DNA of 64,000 bases from Planctomycetota bacterium (GCA_044222185.1 JBGANV010000001.1:768001-832000), one strand, 5' to 3'; numbered from the stretch's first letter, positions 38,826 through 49,625 are shown. Notes: generated from the letters alone by a model not told the origin. Numbers and translations are program-made.

Positions 38826-39269
38826 TCAGGGCTTCTTCACGGGAGCCGATGCGGGTTTTGCCGGCAGGTCCTTCTTCTTCACCCATTTCCCGTCCCGAGT
38901 TTTCAGCCAGTCCCCTGGCGCGGCCTTCTCGAATTTCCGGTCGCCGTTCTGTTCGCCGACCTTCGCAGCGGTCACGCCGTTACCCGTCGCGAGCAACGCA
39001 TAGAGTCGGTCCCGGTCCTTGTTCTCGGCGGCGAGGAGATCCTTCACGGTCGTCTTGTCCACGGCTTCCTTCAGGTACTCGGGCTTCACCGCATCGACGG
39101 TGCCGTCCCAACATTCGCCGACCTTTCCACCATTGATCAGCTTCTCGAGCTGCGGATAGCGGTCCTTCATCCGTTGCTTCAGCTCGGCCATCTCATCCGG
39201 CGGCTTCTGGGCGGTCGCGCTCCATGGGAGGACGAGCGCGAAGGACATGCAAAGCATCGTGATCTTCAT
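38826..39269 (-). CDS. ydbL: YdbL/DUF1318 family protein
   Basis: Signal peptide; GKVGE..DG, AEN.DR..LY, APGDW....DGKWVKK; last gene of the ydbH-ynbE cluster, ATGA overlap. Confidence 0.85.
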   Translation of the reverse strand: MKITMLCMSFALVLPWSATAQKPPDEMAELKQRMKDRYPQLEKLINGGKVGECWDGTVDAVKPEYLKEAVDKTTVKDLLAAENKDRDRLYALLATGNGVTAAKVGEQNGDRKFEKAAPGDWLKTRDGKWVKKKDLPAKPASAPVKKP

Positions 39270-39517
39270 TTCGAGTCTCCTCCGGGCTGCACGCTCGTGG
39301 TGTCCCGTTCCGGCTTCGATTCCGGAGCGCTCCGGTCCTTCTCGAAGTCGAAGAAGGACTCGAGCTCACGCTGGACCTTGAGATTCACGTCCACGGTCAA
39401 GTGGATCGGTTTCACCTCGATGGGATCCACGCTCACGTGGTGAGAAGTACAGGCGACGGCGAACGCGGCCAGCACGGCTCCGGCCACGAACCAGGCGGCT
39501 TTGGTGTATCTCGTCAT
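39266..39517 (-). CDS. ynbE: YnbE-like lipoprotein
   Basis: Lipobox AVAC; KPIHLTVDVNLKVQRELESFF. Confidence 0.82.
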   Translation of the reverse strand: MTRYTKAAWFVAGAVLAAFAVACTSHHVSVDPIEVKPIHLTVDVNLKVQRELESFFDFEKDRSAPESKPERDTTSVQPGGDSK

Positions 39518-39564
39518 CTCGGTTCTCCAGTTCGGCGGGACGTGGGCTCGAGACTCCAGGAGAG

Positions 39565-41088
39565 TCATCGCGCAGCATGTCCCATGCCGAGCTCCATGCT
39601 GACGGCCATGTCGACCAGCGCATCGAAGCCGTTGACGTTCAGGTTGAGGTCGATTTCCTGCGCGTTCGCGCGGCCGCGACCGACCAGGTGCGTCCGGAGG
39701 GCCAGATCCTCTCCCCGTGGGACGAGTTCGACGTCGAGGGCCGAGTAGAGGAAGTCCTTCAGGCTGGCCGCGACGCGCTCCATGACTCCGACGTCGAGAC
39801 CGGGGATCTCGGCCTCACCCTGCGTCGCGGCCTGCGAATCGAGGAGCCTCCGCAGCGCCGCCGTGTCCCGAACGCGCAGCTGCCCTTCGCGCGAGTGGAA
39901 ACTGCCACTGAGGACGTCGACGCGCAGCCTCGGTTGCGTTCGGACGCGAAGCGTGACGTGCCCGCTGAGTTCGCCCACTCCGCTGGCCCGGCCTCCGGAG
40001 GCGAGTTCGAGCCAGTCCTCCAGGGCGAGCTGCGTGGCCGTCACGGACAACGCAAGGTTGGGATGCGACATGTCGAAGGTAAACGGCGCGATGGCGATCT
40101 GGCCATTTCTCCCGATTCGCACACCGGCATCCTCGATCCTCACGTCGGAGGGTGTCTCGAACGCGAAGACGATTCGACCGCCGCCGATCTCCGCGCGTCC
40201 CGCGCGCGCCGAGGCCCAGGTGATGGTTTGAGCCCCGCGGGTCCGCGGGGGAGAGATGCCATCGAGGCCGAGGTCACAGGCGATGCCGGCAACGCTCCAG
40301 ATTCCGCTCGCGGCGTTCAACCCGAGTGCGTCCGTGCGAACGGAGAGCTGCCCGTCGACACGTCCGCCGGCGATGCGCACCCGGCCCTCGATCACGATCA
40401 AACCCACTGGCCGGGCGCCCATCATGCTGCTCACCAGCTCCGAGAGTGGTTCCCGCTCCCCGAACTCCCAGCGCAGCGGGGAAAGCACGACGTCGATCAC
40501 ACCGGCGCGGCGTTCTCCCGTGATGTGGATCGGCTGACCGAGGAGGTCTCCTGTGACGTCCAGATTCTCCGTGCCGTCCTCGTGGGCGGCGAGGCTGGCG
40601 TCGAGCACGGCTCGCAAGGTGTTCTCACTGGTCGCCCGGACGACGATTTCCGCGGAGCGGATGTCCAGGCGTTCGAACGGCAGAAGACCATTCGATGCGA
40701 TGCCACCGTGGGAGGGCCACGCGACGGGTGAGTCCCCGCTTGCCAGGGTCGGCATGTCGAGCTCGAAGTGGGCGCCATCCACCGTGATCGCGCGGACTCG
40801 CCGCGCGCGCAGCGCCGCAAGGTCGTACGTGACCGAGATCGTCTCCGCGGTGAGGCGCGCTCCGGGCCCCATCCGGAGCCCGGTGATGTCGAGGCCGTGC
40901 AGCGACACGCGCGCGACCCGCAGGCCCTCGACGGCAAGTCCCCGCGCTCGTGCCGCCTCGCGGATCGCGGCTTCGACGTAGCCAGGCAACCAGAAGTGCC
41001 AGAGCGACGTGATCGCGACGGCCACGCACGCCACCGCGGCGGCGACGATCGAAAGGAGTCTCTTCTTCGTGGTCATCATCCAAGACAT
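39565..41088 (-). CDS. ydbH: YdbH-like (AsmA-like) intermembrane lipid transport protein
   Basis: N-terminal anchor, beta-rich body, C-terminal G.GELSG, LKDFLYSAL, DLNLNVNG; synteny with ynbE/ydbL. Confidence 0.8.
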   Translation of the reverse strand: MSWMMTTKKRLLSIVAAAVACVAVAITSLWHFWLPGYVEAAIREAARARGLAVEGLRVARVSLHGLDITGLRMGPGARLTAETISVTYDLAALRARRVRAITVDGAHFELDMPTLASGDSPVAWPSHGGIASNGLLPFERLDIRSAEIVVRATSENTLRAVLDASLAAHEDGTENLDVTGDLLGQPIHITGERRAGVIDVVLSPLRWEFGEREPLSELVSSMMGARPVGLIVIEGRVRIAGGRVDGQLSVRTDALGLNAASGIWSVAGIACDLGLDGISPPRTRGAQTITWASARAGRAEIGGGRIVFAFETPSDVRIEDAGVRIGRNGQIAIAPFTFDMSHPNLALSVTATQLALEDWLELASGGRASGVGELSGHVTLRVRTQPRLRVDVLSGSFHSREGQLRVRDTAALRRLLDSQAATQGEAEIPGLDVGVMERVAASLKDFLYSALDVELVPRGEDLALRTHLVGRGRANAQEIDLNLNVNGFDALVDMAVSMELGMGHAAR

Positions 41089-41461
41089 CCCGGGACCTTG
41101 CCCGCCGACGATTTCGCAACCGCCGTGCCGTCGGCGGGTTCATCGGGTCCCCGTCGATCCGTCGATCTGACCGACCGCGCGGCAATCGCGACCGATCTTG
41201 GTTGGTCGAACATGGACCGACGGGTGCGTCGAGACGCCCGCGGGCGTGATCTCGCTGCCGACGCAGCTCCCGTCGCGTTTCCTCACGGGGTGCCGTTCGA
41301 CTTCCGATACTGGATCGTCGTTTCCGCGTCGACCTTCGGGTAGTCTGCGAGCCACGGACTGGTAGGGACCGGGCACGCATCGGGCGAGAACGACGTCGGG
41401 CGTCGTTCCTCGCGCCGCGCCGCTTCGGCGACCACGCCCTGATCGTGGAGGAGCCCCGCAC

Positions 41462-42484
41462 ATGAATCTGCAGCGCGTCGCCCTGCTTTGTGTCGCCCTG
41501 TCGACGGCAATCGTCGGGCAACATCCGCCGGCGCCGACCAAGTACACGCTGCCGGTCCCCGTCAAGCTCGCACAGGGGGAAGTCGTCGCAGTGGTGCAGA
41601 CGCTGGACGTCACGGCGACGTCGGTCGTGATGGGGCGAGAGATCGTGCACCGCCAACGATTGACGACGGAGTCGTCGTTCCGCGGTCAGGCGCCCGCGGC
41701 CGATGGGACGCTCGTTCTCGACGTCACGACCGACAGGGCCTACGGGAGCGTCACGCCGCCGTCGGGAGACGAGGTCGCATTCGATTCCGCCAGTCCCGAC
41801 AAGCTGCCGCCCTCGGGGCCAGATGAAGTCGGATCGAGCCTCGCCGCAAAGTTCATGAAGCTCGCGGGTGCGAAGCTCCGCGTGAGCGTGACTGCCGACG
41901 GTCGGATCAAGGAGTTGAAAGGCACAGACGAGATCCTGTCGCGCGTCGGCGGATCGGATCCGACGGTGAAGGCCATTCTCGGGAAGATGGTGAGTGTCGA
42001 CGGCGTCACGTCGCTCGTTGGACTTGGTGCGTCCCAGTTTCCGAAGGTGCCGGTGGCGGTCGGGGATGCGTGGCCCGTCGAGATCGTCCTGGCGGACGCC
42101 CCGATCCCCCTACGCTTCAACGGCAAGACCAAGCTCGACTCGGCGAATGCGGAGACGCTCGCGACGACCACGATGCTCGAAGTCGACCCGGCGTCGGTCG
42201 CGGGGACTGCGACCCGTCCTGCCGCCGAGGAGAATGCCGCTGCGAAGTTCCTTCGCAACATGCGGGTGCTGTCGGGGCACCAGTCGATCACGGCGGTGAC
42301 GTCGGCGAGGGACGGCCTGCCTGTCCGGCTGCGGCAGGAGGCGGTCGTCGAAATCGAGATGAAACTCCCGACACCCTCAGCAACCGGGGAGGCCGACGAC
42401 CTGACGGTCGTCGCCACCTCGCGCACGTTGGTGACGATCGAACGCACGATCCCGAAGTCTGAGTCCAGACCTCGAGCGAAGTGA
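41462..42484 (+). CDS. Secreted hypothetical protein (DUF6263-like)
   Basis: GGAGGAG RBS, signal peptide; FDSA, DGRIKELKG, FPKVPVAVGDAW. Confidence 0.75.
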   Translation: MNLQRVALLCVALSTAIVGQHPPAPTKYTLPVPVKLAQGEVVAVVQTLDVTATSVVMGREIVHRQRLTTESSFRGQAPAADGTLVLDVTTDRAYGSVTPPSGDEVAFDSASPDKLPPSGPDEVGSSLAAKFMKLAGAKLRVSVTADGRIKELKGTDEILSRVGGSDPTVKAILGKMVSVDGVTSLVGLGASQFPKVPVAVGDAWPVEIVLADAPIPLRFNGKTKLDSANAETLATTTMLEVDPASVAGTATRPAAEENAAAKFLRNMRVLSGHQSITAVTSARDGLPVRLRQEAVVEIEMKLPTPSATGEADDLTVVATSRTLVTIERTIPKSESRPRAK

Positions 42485-43107
42485 GGGCTCGTGCGTGTGG
42501 ATGACCTCCGGACGGCCGGTCGGGAGGGCTGGCCTCAGGGGCGGAGGCGATCTGTAGATGCGATGGGCGCAGGGGCGGGCGCCAGGACAGCGGGTTGCCG
42601 GCTGTTTTCCGCAGTCGACAAAACGGCATGGGGAGTCGTCAAATGGGGGTTCTGAACGCAGCCCAGGGCTCGGCAGGCGAGGTCGCTGAGTACGCTTGGG
42701 AGCCACCGACCGTCGGCGCGGCGTTCGGGCGGGCCGGTTCAAAGAACGAACGACGGACATCGGTAGGGTTGACCGACACCGGCGTCACCACGCAGCCAGT
42801 GATTCGTTTGTTTTGAACGCTCTCGGTCTACCCTCGGGCCCGCAAGGCACGCAGGAGCTTCATGGGTGGAATCGGTCGGGCGTGCGTCGGACGACGCGCG
42901 GCGCGAATCTGCCACCCGACGTCATTGACACGGTGGGACGGGATCACGAGAATGCCGCGCGGGTGCCCGTCACCCGAATCTGATTCAACGAGCGCCGCCG
43001 GGGTTGTGTGTCTCAACACGTAAAACTCCCTCCTTCCTCTCTACGCCTGAAATCTATCCCCCGGCAGCGTTCGATTTTTCCCCCGATCCGGATCGACGAA
43101 TCCGGAG

Positions 43108-44250
43108 TCACGGGGAGCGGCCTCGAGCGGTGCCGCACTGCGGAGGACTCGAAGTTCGGTGCTCGCGTCGTCCGTCGGCGTCGACCCAACGGCGCTTCAG
43201 CCACAGCGAAACCCTGACGAGCGCGACCAGCACCGGCACTTCGACCAGGGGGCCGATCACGGTGGCGAACGCGGTCCCGGAAGCGATGCCGAACACGGAG
43301 ATCGCGACGGCGATGGCGAGCTCGAAGTTGTTGCCGCTCGCGGTGAACGCGAGCGTGGCCGCCCGCTCGTAGTCGGCGCCAATCCGCCGCGCCATGAAGA
43401 AGGAAGCGCAGAACATCACGACGAAGTAGGCGACGAGCGGCAGCGCGATCCGGAGGATGTCGAGCGGCACGGCGACGATCCGATCCCCCTTCAGGCTGAA
43501 CATGACGACGATCGTGAAGAGCAGGGCGATCAGGGTGACGGGCGCGATCCGCGGGAGGAAGGTGCGCGTGTACCACGCATCGCCCTTCAGCCGCCGCCCA
43601 GCGACCCGCGTGACGGCGCCCGCTGCGAACGGAATTCCAAGATAGACGAGGACGCTCACGACGATCTGCCTCATGCCGACGTCGACCGCGACTCCGTGCA
43701 AGCCGATCGTTCGGGGCAGCCACGTCATGAAGAACCACGCGTAGAGGCCGAAGAAGAGCACCTGAAAGATGCTGTTGAACGCGACGAGGCCCGCCGCGTA
43801 CTCCGGGCTTCCCTTCGCGAGATCGTTCCACACGAGAACCATCGCGATGCACCGGGCGAGTCCCACGAGGATGAGCCCGAGCATGTAATCCGGTCGGTCG
43901 TGCAGGAGGAGTGCGGACAGGGCGAACATGAGGACCGGGCCGACGATCCAGTTCTGGACGAGCGAGAGCGCGAGCACCCTCCAGTCCCGGAAGATCCGGG
44001 GCATCTCCTCGTACCGCACCTTTGCGAGCGGCGGGTACATCATGAGGACGAGTCCGACCGCGATCGGCACGTTCGTCGTGCCGACGCTCACGCCGCCGAT
44101 GGCATCTCGGATCCATGGCGCGAAGCGGCCGACAGCCACGCCGACCGCCATCGCCAGGAAGATCCAGAGCGTGAGGTATCGATCGAGGAATGCGAGTCTG
44201 CTGGTTGGCGGCAACCCGCAAGCTGGTTCAGCGCTCTGCGCGTCGGTCAT
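43108..44250 (-). CDS. acr3: ACR3 family arsenite efflux transporter
   Basis: [61 protein letters not shown]. Confidence 0.96.
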   Translation of the reverse strand: MTDAQSAEPACGLPPTSRLAFLDRYLTLWIFLAMAVGVAVGRFAPWIRDAIGGVSVGTTNVPIAVGLVLMMYPPLAKVRYEEMPRIFRDWRVLALSLVQNWIVGPVLMFALSALLLHDRPDYMLGLILVGLARCIAMVLVWNDLAKGSPEYAAGLVAFNSIFQVLFFGLYAWFFMTWLPRTIGLHGVAVDVGMRQIVVSVLVYLGIPFAAGAVTRVAGRRLKGDAWYTRTFLPRIAPVTLIALLFTIVVMFSLKGDRIVAVPLDILRIALPLVAYFVVMFCASFFMARRIGADYERAATLAFTASGNNFELAIAVAISVFGIASGTAFATVIGPLVEVPVLVALVRVSLWLKRRWVDADGRREHRTSSPPQCGTARGRSP

Positions 44251-45247
44251 GGTCGGCCGGAGTCTTTCTCGCCGCGATGTCGAGGCTGGTGACGAAATCG
44301 GCGGGGGTCATGCCGGAGGGAAGCGAGCCCACGATTTTCTGGAACAGCGGATCGCGGGCGTTGGTCAGGACCGCGACGTACTCGGGCTTCGACGTCAGCC
44401 TGACGTCGACGAGCCCCGCCGCCTGGATCGAGTCTCTGAGTTCGCTCACGAGGGCGGCGCCCGCGACGCACCCGACGAGGGCTTCGACGTCGTTCTTCAC
44501 GGCGGCGGGGAGCGGCTGGAGCAATGCGAGGTCGGAGACGGCGACGCGTCCACCGGGCCGCAGGACGCGGGCGATCTCACGCCAGACCTGGCGCTTGTCA
44601 GGGGAGAGGTTCAGCACGCAATTCGAGATGACCACGTCGACGCTCTGATCCGCGACGGGAAGGTGCTCGATTTCGCCGAGCCGGAATTCCACGTTCGACA
44701 GCCCCGTGCGGTCCGTGTATTGCGCAGCGTTCCTCCGAGCACGCGTGATCATCTCCGGAGTCATGTCGACTCCGATCACCGACCCGTCAGGGCCGACCTT
44801 GCGGCCTGCGATGAAGCAATCGAAGCCGCCGCCAGCGCCCAGATCGAGAACGACTTCGCCCGGTGCGAGCGACGCGATCGCCGTTGGGTTTCCGCAAGAA
44901 AGGCCCATGTTGGCCTGCGCAGGCATCGACGCGAGCTCGGCCTGCGAATATCCGAGGGCTGCGGCGAGATCGTCCGGCGACAAGGCGACGGCCCCACAGC
45001 ACCCGCCACCGCCGACGGGCTCGGGGCCGCAACCTCGTCCCGACGTGGAAGGCGTCGTCGCATCTGGTGCGTTCTGGTTCGACGATGGGGCGAAGACACC
45101 GCCTTTCGCGATCCGTGAATAACCGTCCCTGACCTGCGCGCGCACGCCGTCCGCCGCGACGGCGTCGCCGGCCGTGACCGCGGCGCCATCGGGTGTGCAG
45201 CAGGACGGGCCGCAGCAACTCTTCTCATCAGTTGGCTTCATCGTCAT
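44228..45247 (-). CDS. arsM: Arsenite S-adenosylmethionine methyltransferase
   Basis: [44 protein letters not shown]; Cys-rich N-terminus. Confidence 0.93.
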   Translation of the reverse strand: MTMKPTDEKSCCGPSCCTPDGAAVTAGDAVAADGVRAQVRDGYSRIAKGGVFAPSSNQNAPDATTPSTSGRGCGPEPVGGGGCCGAVALSPDDLAAALGYSQAELASMPAQANMGLSCGNPTAIASLAPGEVVLDLGAGGGFDCFIAGRKVGPDGSVIGVDMTPEMITRARRNAAQYTDRTGLSNVEFRLGEIEHLPVADQSVDVVISNCVLNLSPDKRQVWREIARVLRPGGRVAVSDLALLQPLPAAVKNDVEALVGCVAGAALVSELRDSIQAAGLVDVRLTSKPEYVAVLTNARDPLFQKIVGSLPSGMTPADFVTSLDIAARKTPADHDRRAER

Positions 45248-45722
45248 TCCTTTCGACGGTTCGTTTCGGGGAAGTGCCGAGGACCGACCCCGGCAGCGTT
45301 TCGACGAATGCGCGGATCTCATCGCGCACCCGGCGGTAATGGATCATGGCCTCCTCGTCGCTCCGCGCGGTACGTGCGAGACGTGGCGGATCGTCGAATC
45401 CCACGTGCACGATCCGCGCCCCCGAGAGTCGCGGGCACGCCTCGTGTGCCGAGTCACACACGGTGACGACGACGTCGAACGGGATGCCGAGGTCTTCCGG
45501 GCGCTTGGAACGATGCCTGGAGATGTCCACGCCGACCTCCGCCATCGCTCGCACGGCGAGCGGGTTCAACCCGTGCGGCGACGTCCCTGCAGAGTGCGCC
45601 TCGATCGAGTCGGACTTCAGCGCCGTCGCCCAGCCTTCGGCCATCTGGCTGCGGCATGAGTTGCCCGTGCAGAGGAACAGCACGCGTAGCCGTTCACGGG
45701 CCGGTGGCTCAACGCGTCCCAT
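45228..45722 (-). CDS. arsC: Thioredoxin-dependent arsenate reductase (LMW-PTP fold)
   Basis: FLCTGNSCRSQMAEG, VTVCD...ACP, FDDP, RRVRDEI. Confidence 0.93.
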   Translation of the reverse strand: MGRVEPPARERLRVLFLCTGNSCRSQMAEGWATALKSDSIEAHSAGTSPHGLNPLAVRAMAEVGVDISRHRSKRPEDLGIPFDVVVTVCDSAHEACPRLSGARIVHVGFDDPPRLARTARSDEEAMIHYRRVRDEIRAFVETLPGSVLGTSPKRTVERNDDEAN

Positions 45723-46083
45723 GGCAGCCCTTCGTCGACGAACACGCCGAGGCTTCTTCCGCCGGACAGCACTGCTCGATGGCATCGGCCAGCGCGCGGA
45801 GCGTTCGGCAGAAGTCCGCGTAACGGGCGTGGTACCGCACCACGCGGCCGGTCTTCGTCGCCTCGACGAGCCCGGCACGCTCCAGGACGCGGAGATGGCG
45901 GGACACCACGGAAAGGTCGACGGCGCAGCACTCGGCGATCTCGCTCACCGAGGCGGGGCGACCGCACTTCACCAGGCATCCGACGAGGCTCAGCCGCGTC
46001 GGGTCGCAGAGTGCCTTGAACCATTCGGGATCCAACAGTTCGTCCACGGGGCGATCGCAGGCCGCGGCCTGTTTGGGGCTCAT
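45709..46083 (-). CDS. arsR: ArsR/SmtB family repressor (alternative start 46110)
   Basis: FKALCDPTRL, SVSEIAECCAVDLSVVSRHL, C-terminal CC; heads the ars operon. Confidence 0.92.
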   Translation of the reverse strand: MSPKQAAACDRPVDELLDPEWFKALCDPTRLSLVGCLVKCGRPASVSEIAECCAVDLSVVSRHLRVLERAGLVEATKTGRVVRYHARYADFCRTLRALADAIEQCCPAEEASACSSTKGCHGTR

Positions 46084-46098
46084 GACTCGACGTTTGCG

Positions 46099-46120
46099 TA
46101 CTTGCGTCATGGTGCAAATA
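46099..46120. promoter_or_regulatory. Candidate ArsR operator (imperfect inverted repeat)
   Basis: TACTTGC-N8-GCAAATA in an AT-richer patch just upstream of arsR. Confidence 0.5.
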
Positions 46121-46353
46121 TAGTTCGCGAAGCGACGACCGCAAGCACCCCTCACATCTGCAGGATGACGCCCGGGCCGGGTACCCCGGGCCGCCCTCGG
46201 ACCCGTACGCTGCGAGGGCAAGTCACCGGAGACACGCCGTTTCCCCTCTCGGAAACGTGCGGGGACAGGGTTGTTTCAAGGCTTGCGACGCGCGTCGACG
46301 ATGGCCCTCATGCAGGTGCGACGGCAGCCGGACGCGCCAGCGAGGGAGGTTCC

Positions 46354-46779
46354 ATGCCGAAGCGCGTCTCGTTCGCAGCGGTGATCGTCGCGGTGGTTTC
46401 ATCGATTTGCGGTTGTGGCGAACCCCGCCCGACGGCGAGCTTCCAGCCCTACACGACCGCAGCGTTCGACGGCGCATCGGGGGCGGGAAGAGCCGTCTGC
46501 GTCCTGGCCTCTGCGGATTGGTGCCCCTCGTGCCGCGAGCTGCGCGACACGACGCTGTGCGATCCGACGGTCATCGCAAAACTGAACGGGTTCACACGGC
46601 TCAAGATCGACTACACGAAACGGGACGACGCCACGGGGGAGCTGCTCGGCGAACTCAACGTGACGGCGCTCCCGACTCTCATCCTCTTCAACAAGAGCGG
46701 AGAAGAGGTGCAGCGGTTCGTTGGAACGCTCGCTGCACGCGATCTGACGTTTGCCGCCGTGCTTGCCGAGGCTCGCTGA
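46354..46779 (+). CDS. Thioredoxin-fold (lipo)protein
   Basis: GGAGG RBS; signal ending ICGC; SADWCPSC; cis-Pro loop LPTLILF. Confidence 0.88.
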   Translation: MPKRVSFAAVIVAVVSSICGCGEPRPTASFQPYTTAAFDGASGAGRAVCVLASADWCPSCRELRDTTLCDPTVIAKLNGFTRLKIDYTKRDDATGELLGELNVTALPTLILFNKSGEEVQRFVGTLAARDLTFAAVLAEAR

Positions 46780-46850
46780 TCCGTCGTTTCCGCGGCCGCG
46801 GTCGAGCGGCAACGGCACGTTGCGAGGTTGCCGGCAAGCCGACGCAGTGA

Positions 46851-48551
46851 TCAGGGCCAGAGTGCGCCACACCGCCACTCGAGGCAGCGCGCGACGACGA
46901 CTGACGCGACGATCGACGCCGCGGCGCCGAGGAGTCCTACGCACTTGACGCGGGGATATGAACGCCGAAGCGCGGCGAGGTCGCCCAGGTAGAGCTGGGC
47001 GGCTGACGCTGCGGTGGCCCCCGCGACGGCGACGGCAACGAGGGGCACGCGCTGGGCCAGTTGGACCACGGTGTGCAGGGTGTGGAGGCAGAGGAAGAGG
47101 GGCAACGCCGCGACGGCGACGCGCGCGAACGCGCGGCCCGCCGACCCGCCAGGCAGGCAGCGGGCGAAGGCCACGAAAATGACCGGCCAATAGAACACAT
47201 GAGCGCCGCCGCGGAGCAGGGCGATGGCTGCGCAGGCGGACCCTGACCACAGGATCATGGCCGCACCGGCACGCACGGTGCTGTCACCGTGCGCGCGCGG
47301 TCCCGGGATCGCGGCGGTGACGGATCCCATCACGCAGCCCGCGAAGAGCAGCGCTCCGCTGGTCGTGTTCCCGGGTACCCACGCCGGCGGCGGCGCGAAG
47401 CCGCTGACGACCCGGTCGATCGCCCACCAAGCGGCTGTGACGGAACCTGTCGTGAGGACGACGGATGCTGCGTGGCGAAGGCATTCCAACACCATGATTC
47501 GCGCCGAGGCTCGCAGGCGACGGAGTGTGAGGACCGTCCCGACGCAGGCGAACGCGGCGAGCGCGTAGTCCCAGACGAGCGGATGGCGGACGACGGCGAG
47601 TCCGAGAACGTCGTAGAAGGTGGCATCCCCACCCTGCAGCGTGCGGAGGTCACGCGAGGAAAGCTCTTCCGTGAGGGCGAGGGCGCAGTCGCCCATGTGT
47701 TGCGAGCTGCGCGGATCCAGGTTCTCCGCCGTGTCGTGAGGCGAATGGTAGGCCGTCGCACCGGATGTGAGAGCGAGATTGAATCCGGTGATGCCCCGCC
47801 GCAGGAAGACCGAGAGGTCCGTGTCGTTGGGCATGCGGCGGTAGATGCTCTCCGCGAGCGACGAGCCGGCCGGGCGTTTCACCGAGTCGGCGAATGCGGC
47901 GACGCGGGGTCCGTCATCTGGCCCAAGCTGGAAGAGGAGGGCTGGTCCTCCATTTCCGATCGCCTCGAGATTCACGACGGTTCGGATGGACGAGAGCCGC
48001 GCGTCCGTTTCGGCGAAGAGCCGGGCGCCCAGCAACCCAAGCTCCTCGCCGTCCGTGAAGAGGACGAGCACGTCGTTCTTCGGCTGCCACTGCCGCGCCC
48101 GCAACGTTCGCAGGACCTCGATCCACGTCACCACACCGGCTCCGTCGTCACTGGCACCCGCACCGCGCCGCACGGAGTCGTAATGCGCGCAACACAAGAG
48201 CGTCCCGGTCGGCGCGGAACCCGGGATGGCGACGAGCACGTTGCGGAGTGTGACTCCCGCCACGGAACCGTGCTGTGTCGTCACATCCACACCGACCGAC
48301 CGGAGTTCGCGCTCGATCACGCCGCGGACCCGATCGTGTTCCGCCGAACCCACCGGGTGTGGCGCACGCGCGATCTCAGCCAGCACCGCGCGGGCACGTC
48401 CAGCGGAGAACTCCTCGGGAGGTGCGTCGGCGGATCGCGGCTCCGGTAGAGGTCGACCCACGATCGCGAGGCCGACTGCGCAGGCGAGAGCGACGAGAAA
48501 GCCGAGTCCACGGGCGCGGTCCTGCGTGTCCGGATCCTCGGCGACGTTCAG
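46851..48551 (-). CDS. Membrane-bound M28 peptidase (start uncertain)
   Basis: PHPVGS, AHYDS, GASDDGAG, DGEELGLLGA, NLEAIG, NDTD, YHSPHD, followed by multiple TM helices; the N-terminal TM lies upstream of the tracked GTG at 48461. Confidence 0.85.
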   Translation of the reverse strand: MNVAEDPDTQDRARGLGFLVALACAVGLAIVGRPLPEPRSADAPPEEFSAGRARAVLAEIARAPHPVGSAEHDRVRGVIERELRSVGVDVTTQHGSVAGVTLRNVLVAIPGSAPTGTLLCCAHYDSVRRGAGASDDGAGVVTWIEVLRTLRARQWQPKNDVLVLFTDGEELGLLGARLFAETDARLSSIRTVVNLEAIGNGGPALLFQLGPDDGPRVAAFADSVKRPAGSSLAESIYRRMPNDTDLSVFLRRGITGFNLALTSGATAYHSPHDTAENLDPRSSQHMGDCALALTEELSSRDLRTLQGGDATFYDVLGLAVVRHPLVWDYALAAFACVGTVLTLRRLRASARIMVLECLRHAASVVLTTGSVTAAWWAIDRVVSGFAPPPAWVPGNTTSGALLFAGCVMGSVTAAIPGPRAHGDSTVRAGAAMILWSGSACAAIALLRGGAHVFYWPVIFVAFARCLPGGSAGRAFARVAVAALPLFLCLHTLHTVVQLAQRVPLVAVAVAGATAASAAQLYLGDLAALRRSYPRVKCVGLLGAAASIVASVVVARCLEWRCGALWP

Positions 48552-48656
48552 TCGTCGGAATGTACACGAGGACGGACGCGTCTGCCCGCGACGGGCGACT
48601 TGCGCCTCGGTGGGCCGGCCGGGTTCTGCGAACCGCCTGACTCCTCAGGCGTTCGA

Positions 48657-49625
48657 TCACTGGCCGATCGTGCCCGCCATCGCATTCGACATGACGGCAT
48701 GGAATGCGTTCGGTGCGCCGGGATCGGGCACGAGCGCCTGCTGGTAGAAATGCAGTCCGACGAGGGAGACGCTGGCCGGGAGCATCGCCTGCCAAACCAC
48801 CGCACCACCCGCCCCGGCGACGACGTCGACGATGTCCAAGCTGACCCATCCCGGGCAGCCTGGCATTCCAAACATCGCTCCGTCCAGTGGCAAGGGACCG
48901 AACGCCGACGTGGTGTGGCTCAACCCCGTGAGCACGTAGGCCACGTCGATCGGGAGGTTGTCGACGGTGATTCGGAAGAGGGAACCGATCCGTGGATCGG
49001 CCGTGGGCACGAGATGCGTCACGGGCAGACTGCCCGCGCATCCGGAACGGAGGAGAACGTACGCGCCGGCAGGCGCGAGCGTGATGGACATGTTGTCTGC
49101 GAGGAATATGGGGCCCCAATCTGTGCACGTCGGCGGCGGGGCGTCGTAATGGACGACCACGTTGTTGAACCCCTGCGGGAACGCGCAACTCAGCGTCGCC
49201 GCCGGCCACGTGCCGGGATTCGGTGCGACGCGCGTGTTCGTTCCGACGTAGCTCGCGTTCATGAAGGCGGTCACCCGCATCCTCGCCGAATCGTCGCAGC
49301 CGAGCTCCTGCGGAGCGTAGAGAATCGAGAACGCGGTCACCGTCTGGGAGAACATGACGAGCAAGTCCGCTGCATACACGCTGCTCGGATAGATGAAGTG
49401 CCCGCTGAACCCGGCCGGCACGACTGGCACTGAACTGGAACTCTGGATCGAAAAGCCCTGGCCCGTCGCGGCCAGGTGCGCCGTGACGCCGCCGGAGACG
49501 ACGTTGATCGGGAGCGGCGTGTAGGTCGGGGCGGCGTCGAAGTCGAACAGCACGATCGTCTGTGCCGTTGCACCCGAGCTCGAAATGGCGAGCGCGATGA
49601 GGCCGAAGCAGATCAGTGGTTTCAC
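48657..49625 (-). CDS. Secreted protein with C-terminal YQQA..DP...SNA...IG module
   Basis: GGAGG RBS with GTG, signal peptide; ends GLHFYQQALVPDPGAPNAFHAVMSNAMAGTIGQ. Confidence 0.88.
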   Translation of the reverse strand: MKPLICFGLIALAISSSGATAQTIVLFDFDAAPTYTPLPINVVSGGVTAHLAATGQGFSIQSSSSVPVVPAGFSGHFIYPSSVYAADLLVMFSQTVTAFSILYAPQELGCDDSARMRVTAFMNASYVGTNTRVAPNPGTWPAATLSCAFPQGFNNVVVHYDAPPPTCTDWGPIFLADNMSITLAPAGAYVLLRSGCAGSLPVTHLVPTADPRIGSLFRITVDNLPIDVAYVLTGLSHTTSAFGPLPLDGAMFGMPGCPGWVSLDIVDVVAGAGGAVVWQAMLPASVSLVGLHFYQQALVPDPGAPNAFHAVMSNAMAGTIGQ

